From Octopus vulgaris (taxonomy: Eukaryota): a stretch of DNA of 64,000 nucleotides. A program made the translations under genes and the position numbers. The notes under the pieces are model-generated. The model worked only from the letters and a program-made list of their open reading frames with translations, searched no databases and was not told the origin of the DNA. The stretch is from positions 53,196,001 through 53,260,000 of the forward strand of contig OX597832.1 in NCBI GenBank assembly GCA_951406725.2, in the 5' to 3' direction. How positions within the stretch are numbered: the stretch's first letter is position 1; every line of letters begins with the position of its first letter. Below, piece by piece: positions 51,319 to 64,000 of this stretch.

Positions 51319-51428
51319 CTCTTCTCTAGGAGCCTCATGTTCATTATCACCTTCAATTTTAACTCTAACAACACCAGATTTATCAACAATATCTTGAATA
51401 TTTCTGCCATTTTTACCAATAACCTTAG
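51319..51428 (-). CDS. FMR1: FMR1 exon (KH2 N-terminal half, GxxG = GKNG)
   Basis: cag|CT AAG...GAG|gtatgt; 110 nt; (A)[36 protein letters not shown]; the Ile equivalent to human I304 is conserved; ends in phase 0 at the KH2 variable loop. Confidence 0.97.
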
Positions 51429-51789
51429 CTGAAAATTCAAAAGCAAATAATATTTTTTTGTTATGATGAGATATAATCAATCACAATACTTAACATTCAG
51501 CATTTTACAAATTTGAAATTAATTAAGTTTTGTAAAATTCATTAGTTAAATTGCTTCAATCTTCACAAAGTTAGTTATAATGAACTGTTTCATGTTAATA
51601 TGTTGAACGGTTCTAAAAGGTTTAGAAATTTGTATTTTATAACAAATAGTTCTCCTTGTAATTCCTTATTTCTTAACACGGTGGACAGTTTGATGGCAAC
51701 ATTCTCAAAAACTGCAAATACTGTTGTCAGAGGATGGGTGTGGTGATGACAGGTGTACATGTTAAGTTTGAAGTCACTGAACTATAGCG

Positions 51790-52040
51790 ACTGAAGGATT
51801 TAGTCAAACAAATCGACCCCAGCATTTCTATTTTGAAGCCTGGCTCTTATTTTACTGGACTTTTTTTTGCCAAACTGCTAAGTTACACAAACACACAGGG
51901 GTTCTTTCACGTTCCAAATCCACTCACAAGGCTTTGGTTGGCCCACGGCTATAGTAGAAGACACTTGCACAAGGTGCCATGCAGTGGGACTGAACCCAAT
52001 GCCACATGGTTGGGAAGCAAACTACTTAACCATACAACCA
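51790..52040 (-). mobile_element. SINE family A (internally deleted)
   Basis: Homology to family A head and body. Confidence 0.7.
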
Positions 52041-52546
52041 CGTCTGAATCTATATAGCAAAAGATTTAATAAAATTCAGCTGTGGTTGCTCTGGGATTGA
52101 AACACTTTCTCTCCTCATGCAGACAAAACTGCATCCAACACAAAAATGCAGATTCCTAACCAACAACTGCCGACCACTCTATTAAATTTCCTACATTATC
52201 AGGATGGTGCTTCACCTTTGAACAATATGGAGTAGACAACTTAGAAACCATAAGTAGAATTTGAAGAACATTTAAAAGAAAAGCTTATTTTCTAAAGGAC
52301 ATACATTCTCCAGAGAACTACAGTTATTAATCCTTTCTACTATAGACACAAAGCCTGAAATATGGAGGAGGGGGATAGTTGACTACATGGACCCCAGTAG
52401 TCAACTGGTACTTATTTTATCGACTTCAAAAGGATGACAGGTAAAGTCGATTGTGGCAGAATTTGAACTCAGAACGTAAGGATGGATAAAATGCCACTAA
52501 GTATACCACCCAGCACGCTAATGATTCTGCCTTAACTACAATTAAT

Positions 52547-52869
52547 TGAGACCCCCTTTGGTCATGAGTGACCGTGGGATTGCACCTAGAACGTTACTCT
52601 CCCAGGCACAAGTCCGAGCAAGGTTGTTTATGGAAGACCAGCAGTCGCCCATGTATACCGGCCTCCCCTCTCCACGCCACCAGTGTTATTCAAGGGAAAA
52701 GCAACAGCAGATACAGCTTGGCACCTGTGACGTTACAACTCATTTCTACAGCTGAGTGAAATAAAGTGTCTTGCTCAAGAACACAACACGCAGCCCGGTC
52801 CAGGATTCAAACTCACAACCTCACGATCATAAGCTCGACGCTCTAACCACTGAGCCATGCGCCTTCACT
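52547..52869 (-). mobile_element. SINE family C
   Basis: Reverse complement of 878-1212. Confidence 0.85.
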
Positions 52870-54401
52870 ACAGTTAATAACGAAATGAAAATATAGTGGG
52901 ATATCTATCTCATAACCAATTCTGCCATGTATAAAGAAGAAAAAAAAAAAGCCCAACTGTTGATTAGCTGTACATATGTCATGATGACATCTATTAATGA
53001 CAGCCGTAAACATGTTTTTGTCGATCAGAAATTGGCAGTCTTCTTCAAGAAACAAGCCACAGAAGACATGACTCATCATCTGGCAGGACACATTACTAAA
53101 AAATTCAAAAGGTAATTTTCCATTAGGTATACCATTCAGAAAGTCCCATGGGCCACAGGTTGCCCGAGACTGGTGTAGACAAAGTTATTCGGCACACCTC
53201 TTTGTCATATTGAAAAAGATTAAGGACAAACTGCTGAGAAAATTCATAGCTCTGTAACAAAGTAAAAATCACTTAGGTAGCAGCCATAAAGTTTCAAAAC
53301 CGGCTCGGTGAACATAATATTAAACTCTGAAACATGGCCAATAAATAAGGAGGAATCAATAATGAACTGAAAAACCTGTCAGTGATTCCTACAATACAGT
53401 TAACAGCTTTATCACCGTGCCTAACCAACAACACTTAGGTATAAATATGAACCGAGTGAAATGTACCAACTAAATGCTGTTTTCAGGTTTTCCCATGAGA
53501 CAAGAGGTGACTGCTGCGAAGAAGAATTAAACAGTTATCAAAAACAGAATTATTATCTTTCTAGGTTCACATACTGAAAGTCAGTAGCACTGCCTCTCAG
53601 AGAACAAGTCTGTTGAATTGATAAACATTTTTATAGATATATCCTTGGTTCTGAGACCTAGAGCAGTAGAGATCACAATTCTGTAACTGGTTTTCAGTGA
53701 AGGTAAATAAATCATGAGCCAAACTTAGCCATTTTTAGTTACTAAAACCATAAAACCCTTAAGTAAATGATAACCTTTAGATAATACCATAATTAAAAAA
53801 GAGAGACCATTTCTAAATACCATTCAGTCCAACAATTTGGCAATTCACTTACTTCAATAACACATCTCACAAATTTATCAGCATGGGATTGATTTGTTTA
53901 TTGGTTTTGTAAACAAAGTTAACCATAAAGTTATGTTTATTTTAAAAAAAGATATTATTAACTGATAAGAAAAACTGTTGTAAATGCTAATAGAGTATTC
54001 AGTTTGCTAGTCTTGTCCAGAAATGATCTTGGAATTGTTGCACGAGAGTTTAACAAAATAAATACTCTTTATTGGGTTGCACTTGACATATCTGTATATC
54101 CGTGATATTTAATCTGTTTTAATAATGATTTTTGTTTTGACTAGAAAAAATAGGAATTTATGCAGGAGAAACTATAGCTGACTGAACTAACTGCTGTTAA
54201 AATTTATTTTTAGCAGCTTAAAAGAAAAAAAAAACCTCATCACAACCAAGAGAAATTGCAATTTAATTAGTCTTGGAATTCTCCTCTTATATTAAATTGC
54301 AGCTCCAACAATGTGTAAATACTCAAACTTCGAGAAGCCATTCATCTTACAACATTCAGGTTCTACAGAAGTCCTTTATCAGAGAATATAGGTATTCTTA
54401 C

Positions 54402-54480
54402 CAACTAAATCGCGTGGAACTTGAAAGGTCTCCTCAGCGTATTCAAGCATATTTCTAGCTTCTCGGACAGCATCTTCAGT
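54402..54480 (-). CDS. FMR1: FMR1 exon (KH1 end / KH2 start)
   Basis: tag|ACT...GTT G|gtaaga; 79 nt; TEDAVREARNMLEYAEETFQVPRDLV. Confidence 0.95.
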
Positions 54481-54679
54481 CTAAAATAGAAAGAATAAGA
54501 AAATAAAATCTTGACATGAGCTTTTTTTATAACTAAGATACATCTCTGTTTCAACTGAATTCTAAAATAACTGAAAACTAAGATTGGCTTTGTAAAGAAA
54601 TAAGAAAACAATATTTTTCTGTTACTTTCACGATATAGGAATGACATGTTTGGAACACAGATTCCTTAAGTTTTCATGC

Positions 54680-54878
54680 AAAGGCGGACTGAAAAGTCCA
54701 TAGGCTGACTATGACGGAATGATGTTAAGAGTTGTGAAGTCTTGCATGCATTAATTTCAACTCCTTTTATTAATAACTGCATCATTTCTTTCCAGGTAAA
54801 CTGACGTCTGATTATTCAAAAGACTTTGAAAATGGACAAAATTTGGCATTGTAGTCTTATCAAGTACCTGCAGAAAAA
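54680..54878 (+). mobile_element. mariner 5' fragment
   Basis: TIR-like GGCGGACTGAAAAGTCCATAGGCTGAC; ATG at 54832 gives MDKIWHCSLIKYLQKK, resembling a mariner transposase N-terminus; truncated by a SINE. Confidence 0.6.
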
Positions 54879-55274
54879 GCACCATTCAAGTGTGGTCGAT
54901 GCCAGTACTGCCTGACTGGCCCTCGTGCTTGTGGCACATAAAAAGCACCCACTATAGTCTTGGAGTGGTTGGCATTAGGAAGGGCATCCAGATGTAGAAA
55001 CTTTGCCAGATCGGATTGGAACTTGGTGCAACCTTCTGGCTTGCCAGCCCTCAGTCAAACCGTCCAACCCATGCCAGCATGGAAAGCGGACTTAAACAAT
55101 GACCTTACATTACCACAAACATATCCAACCTTTATATGCCAATATCTCTTCCCAATCTCTAACTCTAAAGCCTGATTCTATTGTTCATGATTCAGATTTT
55201 TTCATAATCCTTTCTACTACAGGCCTAAATACAGAAGGAGGGAGCTAGTTGATTACATTGACCCTAGTACTTAA

Positions 55275-56730
55275 CCCTTTCGTTACTAACCCGGCCGAAA
55301 AATTTTTTGGTTCAAAGTACCAACCCGGCCGTTAGAACCCATTGTTATTTAAATGTAAATTTGAACCCAAATCTCGTTGGTACATTCGTTAAAGCATGTG
55401 ATTTCACATTGTAAATAGTTAAGTTATAGTATCCGACATTGCTTGAAGTGATATCTCAACTCAGTGAATTTTGGGAGATTTTTTTCCACATGTTTTTCGG
55501 CATCGATTTTTCTTCAACTTTGAAAATGGATAGGAGTTTCATGTTATCAAGCATTGATTCCGAATTTAAAGCTTTGTCAATGGATAATAGGGAGATATCG
55601 AGAAAAAGAATGAAATAGGTACTAAAGCACGTGGTGTACAATAATGAATAGGATATTTTTTTATCCGAAAATGAAAGCAGCGCCTTCCGAAGAAACAAAG
55701 CGGCGAAGGCGACAGCGAAGACGATTTTACATCGGAATGAAGTAAAAAAACTTTTAAAATGTTTTTATTAGCAATTTTTCTGAGGAGATAAAGTTTATCT
55801 ATAGCCTTTCTTAGGAAGTGAAACTATTAGACTTTTATTTTTTTCAGTATGCTAGTTTGAAGCGATCACTTCGGAAACAAACCTACGCAGATTGTAAACA
55901 AACCCAAAATCGGGGTTCAAAGTTTGGGAAATTTGTGAAGCAAATATTGGGTACTGTTGTGGATTTAGTTTTTATACAGGGAAACTAATGTTAGTCAGCA
56001 TGGCTTAGGGTACGATGTGGTCTGGAAGTTATTGTTTGAAGGGATCAATGTGGAAACACACTTACGCAAATTGTAAACAAACCCAAAATCGGGGTTCAAA
56101 GTTTGGGAAATTTGTGAAGCAAATACTGGGTACTGCGTGGATTTAGTTTTTATACAGGGAAAATAATGTTAGTCAGCATGGCCTAGGGAACGATGTGGTC
56201 TGGAATTTATCACTTCCATTCCATAACCAGGGCCGTATATTATTTTTTGACCGATTTCTTTAGTTCGGTCAAACTTACGGTGGATTCCAATATTTCAGTT
56301 TATTCCACCTTTATGGTACACCTGTTGTGCATTAAATTCAACTGATGATCTAGTGATGTGCACAATTCTTCTTTATCAAAATTTTGTTGCATACCCATTT
56401 GAATATTAGCTGATGATTCATTTTCTATAGTGATGTTTAAACAAAATTTTACTATTTTTACCTTTTGCTCAATTTAAAATTTTAATATTTTTACCTTTTG
56501 CTTAATTTACCTGGATTTACCTGTAATTAAAGTCACTTTGAGACAAAAGTTATGCAATAGAATTGATTAAGAACCCTTCCTTTAATTATGTTCCAAATAT
56601 CACATTAAAATGTTGATAAGTAAAAAAGTTACAGTTATTTAATGAAACAAGCCTAAATTCATGATTATTTTAGAATTTAATTGAAACTCATGTGGGGTGT
56701 ATTTTGGTCAGGAATATAGTAACGAAAGGG
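55275..56730. mobile_element. Non-autonomous piggyBac element (1456 bp) inserted in a SINE
   Basis: TTAA TSDs at 55271-55274 and 56731-56734; perfect 14-bp TIR CCCTTTCGTTACTA; internal ~180-bp direct duplication (about 55885 and 56065); no intact transposase. Confidence 0.9.
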
Positions 56731-57350
56731 TTAAGAACCTGAAAGGATGAAAGACAAAGTCAACCTTGGCGGAATTTAAAATCAGAACATAAAGATGGAC
56801 AAAATACAACTAAGCAGTTTGCTCTGATGTGCTAACAGTTCTGCCATCTTGCCACCCTTTTCTTCTTCATGATAATAAAGCCTAACCTATGCAAAGTAAG
56901 AATTTTTAGTTATTTGTAGGTGTTTAACAACCAGTGCTTGAGAACAGTACAAGTTCACATGAGTGACAGTGTGCACCAGCATTTAACAGCCATGTTTCAT
57001 GCTGGTATGGGTTGAATAGTTCAACAGGGTATGATGAGCTCAAGGACTGCACTGTGCTCAAGTGTATTTTGGAATGGTTTGTACAACTGGATGCCATCTC
57101 CAAGAATTTATGCAACCAGGCAAAAAGCAAGACCACAGAAGATAACTTTTGAGCAAATTTTTTTTCAGTTTCAATGTATGAGAAACATGTGTAAAGTGGG
57201 GTTCGGCAGTGATTAGGAGAGAAAACATATCCTGATAACACTGATTTACAGAACTGTTAAAGATTTTTGTTTAAAATATGAAATCATTGTCCTGCAGCAT
57301 AATTTAGACTTGCAATTTTCATGAGAGCATAGATGTTTCAATTTAAAATA

Positions 57351-57713
57351 TCTCTATATATAAACGGCAAAATGTCTGCATGTATGTCCTTTATACAAAT
57401 CCACAATTTTTCAGTTCGAGGGCTCGCACTTTCTATGGTCAATCAAAACCATCCAAGGGTGGTCGTGCACATCTTTACATTTGTCCAGTCACCCCACAAA
57501 ACCATTAAAAAAATCAATAGAAGTGACTTTTTTGTGAATTTTCTATCCAAAATTCAATCAAAATGCCTGAAACTTGATATGCCAATTGAATGCCAGCTAG
57601 CTGTATGTGATTCGTCGGAGATTTGGACAGTACTCGCTTGTATGTGCACACGCACGCAGCTGTATATGCATGCACTAGCACTATGACCCGGCATTGCTGG
57701 GTCATAGTGCTAG
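57351..57713 (+). mobile_element. Non-autonomous Helitron (363 bp)
   Basis: 5' TC(TCTATATATAAA), 3' hairpin followed by CTAG, inserted between A (57350) and T (57714), no TSD. Confidence 0.8.
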
Positions 57714-58183
57714 TTTTAATTTTAAAAAGATGATAAATCTAAATCTTATTGTAGTTCAATTTCATTATAATTAAATTTGACATTATCTAAAACATCTAAT
57801 GCGTAACTATGTTACTTACGCAGCAATAACTTACTTTAATGGAATTCTCATTAAATATTTTTTTAATATTCATGGGATATATGGATGTGTTAATTCTGGT
57901 TAAGAAGCACCTAAATACATTTTAGCCACTTGTTTTTTAATGGGTGTGTCAGTAAAAGTTATGATGGTTACATCATCACCATCATCTAACGTCCATTTTC
58001 CATGCTAGCATGGGTTGGACGGTTCGACTGGGATCTGGGAAGCCAGGAGGCTGTGCCAGGCTCCAGTCTGATCTGGCAGGAAAAATTAAATGCTTAACAG
58101 TTATATAAGTATAGTTTTGACATTAAAAACATCTAAATATTACCAGATGAAAAAAATAACAGTAGATAAATGAAATTTCTTAC

Positions 58184-58351
58184 CTCACCATAAACCTTAA
58201 ATGTGCAGGATTCTTCATCTAAATCAATTCCTGTAATACCTTGTACTTTTCTAGCTTGTTGAATGTTACTGCCATGAGTACCTATAGATAAGCCCATCAA
58301 ATCTTCTCGAACAGAAAATTCTTCCATGTAACCAGACCGAATTTTAGCACT
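58184..58351 (-). CDS. FMR1: FMR1 exon (KH1, GxxG = GTHG)
   Basis: tag|AGT...GAG|gtaaga; 168 nt; [56 protein letters not shown], near-identical to FMRP KH1. Confidence 0.97.
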
Positions 58352-58539
58352 CTAAAAGAAAAAGATTCAAAACAGAAAAAATAAATTAGATAAAATGCCT
58401 TGATGAAAAGAGAACTTTACTGGAAAAAGTAAATGTGAAGTAGATTAAATAAATATAGGAACGGATTTAGTAACAAACTGCCACATCATACATAAAACAA
58501 AGAAAAAAATTAAAACGATGATTATCAAAATCTCCTTAC

Positions 58540-58656
58540 CTGTAATTTTTTAACAGCTTCCTCAGTTCTTTGTTTTAATAAAACTTTCTGGCGTAAGTTC
58601 CTCAGAAACATATCTCCCATCAATGAAGCTTTCTTTATCACAGAGAAATTAGTGGA
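58540..58656 (-). CDS. FMR1: FMR1 exon (KH0 helix)
   Basis: tag|TCC...CAG|gtaagg; 117 nt; STNFSVIKKASLMGDMFLRNLRQKVLLKQRTEEAVKKLQ. Confidence 0.94.
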
Positions 58657-58739
58657 CTAAAATTAAAAGAAGAAATAGATTTTTAATAGATACATGCAAA
58701 ACAAAAGGGAATAACAACAGTACAAAAACAGATACTAAC

Positions 58740-58833
58740 CACAACAACTAATGCATTATCATCTGAATTATATATAACAACGGCTGCACCACAATGCTTC
58801 TTGAACTCTGCTAATGTACTTTCTTCTCTGCAA
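58740..58833 (-). CDS. FMR1: FMR1 exon (KH0)
   Basis: cag|T TGC...GTG|gttagt; 94 nt; CREESTLAEFKKHCGAAVVIYNSDDNALVVV. Confidence 0.93.
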
Positions 58834-58983
58834 CTGAAGAAGAATGCGAGAGATTTTGTGAGACTTATTGGATTGCTTTTGATTGAGAACAACACTTAAG
58901 AACAGAAATAGAATGTACAAATTAATTATTAACAAAAATGACACATACACACACACAAAAAGTGAGAAAAGGGAAAAACTTAC

Positions 58984-59049
58984 ACTTCTCTTAAGTCAGA
59001 TGGCACTTCAAGAATCGCTTTCCGAAAACTATCTTTTGAAATACAGGGA
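58984..59049 (-). CDS. FMR1: FMR1 exon (Agenet-KH0 linker)
   Basis: tag|T CCC...GAA GT|gtaagt; 66 nt; (N)PCISKDSFRKAILEVPSDLRE(V), like human [21 protein letters not shown]; phases match neighbours; not in the ORF track. Confidence 0.93.
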
Positions 59050-60104
59050 CTACACAAATAGAAAAAGAAAAAGAATTGTTACAGGACATTCAGGTCGACA
59101 ATTACAAAAATAAAATTGGAAGCTATGTTGGATGACTTTTGGCTCTGAATCTACAATAAAGATTAATCCTAAGCCATCATTTCAAGCCGACCAAACAGCA
59201 TAGCAAGCTTTCAGAGCGGACAACTAAGTCTCACCAAACATTTGGCAGGGTCTAAGAATGACTTATTTTCACAGGTTAGATGTCAACAAAGCATTGCTGC
59301 ATTTCAGTGAAAGCTTCAACCGCTTTTAAAGAGACAACTTTAATGTCTCTCTCTCTAGTTTACATTCAAAGAAAGACATTTTATCTCATTCATCAACAAA
59401 CCTGCACCAGAATTCACTTTTATTTCAGGCACCTCCATAAACTTCCTTGATTTCTTTTTGCTATTGACAGTAGCAACCTTTCAACCTTCTTTTTCTCCAT
59501 ATAAACATCATCATCATTGTTTAACGTCCGTTTTCCGTGCTAGCATGGGTTGGACGGTTCAACCAGGATCTGGGAAGCCAGGAGGCTGCACCAGGCTCCA
59601 GTCTGATCTGGCAGCGTTTCTACAGCTGGATGCCCTTCCTAACGCCAACCACTCCGTGAGTGTAGTGGGTGCATTTTATGTGCCACTGGCACAGGTGCCA
59701 GGGAAGGCTGGCAGCGACCACGATCGGTTGGTGCTTTTTACGTGCCACCGGCACAGAAGCCAGTCAAGGTGGTGCTGGCATCGGTTCCTACCTGGATTCA
59801 TTTTCTTCTAACCCCAAACAAAGCTCATAACTTTCAACTCCACTTATAACAAAGATGAAGAAATGTGCTGTATCTTTACATAAGGTTACCCTTCTTCTGA
59901 GAATACAATTGTGATATGCAGCTATCAACAAGAATTATTCTGACAGGAGTTTTGTTGTCAGGGTTCCAAACTATGTCATAACATATCTGGTTATTTGGAA
60001 TTAAAGATTAAAAGGCCACTGCAAGTCAGTTATTGCAATCTTTCTGGCAATTAATGCCACTTCTCTACATGAGTGGTTGGATTTAAACCCATGATTTTTA
60101 TTTA

Positions 60105-60309
60105 AGCCCTTTAGCACTGAAACCAGCCATATCTAGCACAAATATTCTAGCTGTTTTATGTTCAAACTCACTCATACCTATCCTATTAATGTCTTTCTAA
60201 AAAGAAACAATCATCAAAATCTCAAAGGTGCAAGGTAAGTTAAGATCAATTCAGAACAATATGGATAAATAAGCATTACATTGAACAAATTTGATTGCTA
60301 AAGTGTTAA
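60105..60309. mobile_element. piggyBac-type MITE, family 1 (degraded)
   Basis: CCCTTTAGCA...GCTAAAGTG-TTAA; internal similarity to the 4392 copy. Confidence 0.7.
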
Positions 60310-60568
60310 TAATCAGCAATTACTTCAAATCATCACCATCATTATCATCATTGTTTAATGTATGTCATCCATGCTGGTATGGGTCGGATGGTGTGATAGG
60401 AGCGGTTAAGTAGACGACATGTGGCACCAGAGCAGGTGAGGCCAGTTTTGGCAAATAACTCATTAAATAATGCACAATTTATAAGTGACAAAAAAAAAAA
60501 AAAAAGCAATATGAAAAACTTACAAAAGGGAAAAAAATAATCTTTTACAAACAAAATTTTCTACTCAC

Positions 60569-60723
60569 TTTTCATTTAAAGGCCGAATCCTTTCCAAAGG
60601 AAGAATGTCTGTGTTTGAAGACTCAAAACCTGAATATTCAACTACAACAAAATCACCTTTCAACATTTTGATTTTGGACGGCCACCAACCTACCATGTCA
60701 TCAGCCGCTGATCTACTAAGTGC
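60569..60723 (-). CDS. FMR1: FMR1/FXR ortholog exon (second Agenet/Tudor domain); first exon visible in the window, upstream exons lie beyond 64000
   Basis: cag|GCA...GAA AA|gtgagt; 155 nt; ALSRSAADDMVGWWPSKIKMLKGDFVVVEYSGFESSNTDILPLERIRPLNE matches the FMRP Agenet2 pattern (WW..K.RM.KG.F.V.EY); phase 0 to 2. Confidence 0.95.
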
Positions 60724-63700
60724 CTGAAAGCATAAAGAAATGGTAAACAGAATTTCAAGAGTGTGAGCATGAATGTAGAAGTCAGCAGGCAACAGACAAG
60801 GATACACTAACAAATATGTGTTTATGTGTATACATATAGCATACACACAAAAAAAAAAAAATTTGTGAATGAACATCTGTGCCAAGATGTACAAAACAAA
60901 CATCCCCAAAACATATCACCACACAGACACAAGAATATGCATTGTCTCACAACAATACCATTTTATTTAAATTTTAAAATGCCTCTGATAAAAACAGGTA
61001 CTATTTATGAATATTTTATAAGTCAACACTTCAAATTATTACCATGTAACTTTAACAGTCACACAATTCTGCCAATATCTGTGCATACATTTCTACACAC
61101 ACATCAAGATAGATAAACACTTGTGTATCTATGCACATATTCACAAGATTGTATATAGACACACACAGCTAGGCAGACAAACATTCTCTCACTCTCACAT
61201 AGACCTTGGAAGATAGAAATAATTTGTTAGTTTAATACCACCAACACAACCACCTGACCAGTAAGTGCCTTTAGTGGCATAACACATCTGGAAGTAGTCA
61301 GGGCAGGTCTTTCATAGGAGAATAACTTCCATTCTTCCTATGATGAAGATTATATACTATATTCACACACACATGAATAAATGATGCATATACGTGTATA
61401 CCAGGCATGACTATGTGATTAAGAATTTTGCTTCCTACCTATAAGATTTTAGGTTCATTCTCATAGCATGGCACCTTGGGCTGAACAAAGCTTAAGTGAT
61501 TTGGTAGATATAAACTGAAAGAAGCCTGTCATATGTGTGAGTTCATATTCCCATTTCATCATGTGTTTGCTGGTTGTAAACAGTGGCCTTGCTGTTCATG
61601 CAAGATGGTGCTAATTGCTGGCAGCCCACGGTGAAAGCATGTTTGGGTTTTTTGATAGGCCTTGACATGCTGAGTGGTCTTCGCAAACAAAAAGCTCACT
61701 CAAACGGTGTAAATTGTTTCCCATTCTCTAAGTAACCCTGCTTGGATTGTTTGTTGCTTGTGAGACTGAAAGATTATTACCTCACTAAAAAACAGAATGG
61801 GTTTGGCACTAGGAAAGGCATCTGACCATAAAACCTGCTCATATTAGACATTAAAATGATGTTGATTATATATAATATATATATATATAATAATTATTTG
61901 AGGGAATATATATATATATATATATAGTGGGTAGATGGATAGATAGATGCATGGCATGGTAGATGGATGGAGAGAGTTCAATATGTATGGATATATACAT
62001 GCAACCCATCTTCTAACACCACCCCCCACTTGAGTTCACCACTTGCTGTATTCTACTCCCTTCTAGCTCCCAACTTTCCCTTTGCACCCTTGCAAACAAT
62101 GTGTGTCTGTTGGATCTCTTCTCCGCAACATGGCTTCTTAACACCCCTTCTCTCAATTTATGTCCACTTACCATGCCCCCTCCCATTCTCTTCCTGCAAT
62201 CTTGAAGTTGCCCACACACACACACACTTTATCCAGTCCTTGGTCCCACTACACTTAGATATACCTCCCTGCAATTTCACTGTACTCACCCGTCCATCAC
62301 ATCATCCTCTCTCCTCTGAGGTAGCCACATATCTCCTTTACTGCAAGATACCCCATTTCTGTCTCTCCATACTCTGACCTCTCATCACTTGGTACAAAGC
62401 CACCTCCTTCAAAACTACTGCCCTGTTCCAGTTGAGTGGGGGCCTTGCAAGTTATTTGGTGATTTCGTTCCTGCTGGTGTCACAAAAAGCACCCAGTCCA
62501 CTCTGTAAAGTGGTTGGTGTTAGGAAGGACATCCAGCCATAGAAACCATGCCAAATTAGACCTCACCGGTGCTGCTGCTACATAAAAAGCACCCTGTCTA
62601 TTTGTAAAGTGGTTTCTGTTAGGAAGGGCATTCAATTGTAAAAACCCTGCCAAAACAGGCAAAAGAGCTTGATGCAGTCTTCAGGTTTGTCAACTCCTGT
62701 CAAATCATCTAATCCATGCCAGTATGAAAAATAGACATTAAATGAAGGTGATATACACATTGTGAAGGTCAAGTTGACTGGGAATTCAAGTTGGCTTATT
62801 TGACTAGTGAAAGGAACTTTACCTACTTGCGTAAAATTTTCACCAAAAGTGTACCATATGATATGGGTTTAACTATTTAAGAATTTCAATGGAACGAATT
62901 CCATTCACAGGAGTGGTATCTGGCAGTACAGAAATGGTAATATGGTATTTAGGAACAGGTTCTGCTTTTATTTCTTAAACAGTGGAAAAATACAGTAGAC
63001 AGAGGAGTGACAGAGGAATGTGTATATGCATGTGTTTGATAAAGAGGTTCACTTCTCAACCATGTGGTTTTGGGTTCAGTTCCACTGCACATCACCATGG
63101 ACAAATATCTATTGTAGTTCTGGGTCAACCAATCCCTTGTTATAAGTGCAAACTCTATACATGTGTGTGTGTGTGTGTGTGTGTGAATGCCCCTCACTTC
63201 AAAAGTGTAGAGCTACAAATGTCAAAGTTTGTTAAAAATTTTCCTGTTGATGATACACTTTTAAAGATTTGTAGAATATAAAACAATATCTGAAAAACAT
63301 GTAATGGTTAGCAACAGGATGAGCACCCAGCTGTGTAACAAGGTTACAATATGTATGTTGAAACTATGGCAAAACAGGCATAAAACCAATGAAAACATGC
63401 AAACCGATACACACACACACACACACACACACATATAAGGAGACAGAAACATTACATACACATTTTCATATAAATGTATTTTTAAAGATATTTAGAGGTG
63501 TATACCTAATGACACCGATGTCAGTAATTAAACAAAATTGACAGCATGAAATATATTCCAAGTGGATACAACATACAGGTATTATATAAATTCCTCAAAC
63601 TTCTGCAAGAAACCAACAAAATTAGCAAAAATTCCCACCTGGACACCGAAAGTTTTCAATATCCCAGTAACAGAAGCTCTAAATTTAACACTGGATAATG

Positions 63701-64000
63701 TGCACATGTCATGCTATAAAACTAAATTCTTTGCCATGAAAGAAGAATCTATATATATATCTACACAGCTGGCCAACTTGCTTGGACTAATGTAATTTCT
63801 TCCATGCAAGATGATCTGGTCTTTCATAGCAGTCTTCATATCCTCCTTAACCTGATATCCAGTGTCTTTCACAAGTTGGTTGATAATATCTCTTCTTGGT
63901 ATGCTGATACCTGTATGTCATATGCAGATTTCCAGAGATAATTGGATATCTTATCCTTCCTTCTTCAACAGTGTCCAGCGTAACTTTAGGTTTTTTTGGG

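Noticed and set aside
60724-64000. Search for FMR1 exons encoding the first Agenet domain and any CGG-type repeat
   Set aside because: No matching coding sequence found; the 5' end of the gene lies outside the window

Overview
AT-rich, repeat-dense animal genomic DNA. The SINE/MITE repertoire looks like a coleoid cephalopod, probably Octopus (inference). Two convergent spliced genes are present. (1) On the minus strand, the FMR1/FXR (fragile X protein) ortholog: 14 phase-consistent exons from 60723 down to the stop at 20115, giving 643 aa in this window (Agenet2, KH0, KH1, KH2, NES, RGG, basic C-terminus), with the first exons beyond the right edge and a probable ~6.5 kb U-rich, almost repeat-free 3'UTR. 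(2) On the plus strand, the last two exons of a rhodanese-domain (TSTD/Hsp67B-like) gene whose catalytic Cys is replaced by Gly. The rest is tRNA-derived SINEs, RTE-related elements, piggyBac/Tc1-mariner/pogo/hAT elements and a Helitron. The most interesting signals are: a cluster of candidate cassette exons (12, 66 and 42 nt in frame, plus a 276-nt stop-containing exon) inside the FMR1 KH2 variable-loop intron; a 27-nt microexon after the RGG exon; a DWx3VEE-like (SLIP1/MIF4GD-binding-like) motif in the protein; and three minimal type I hammerhead ribozyme motifs (one intact, one with a reciprocal G3-C8 core swap inside a fold-back insertion, one inactivated inside a tRNA-headed SINE). All calls were made by eye, with no database search or expression data.
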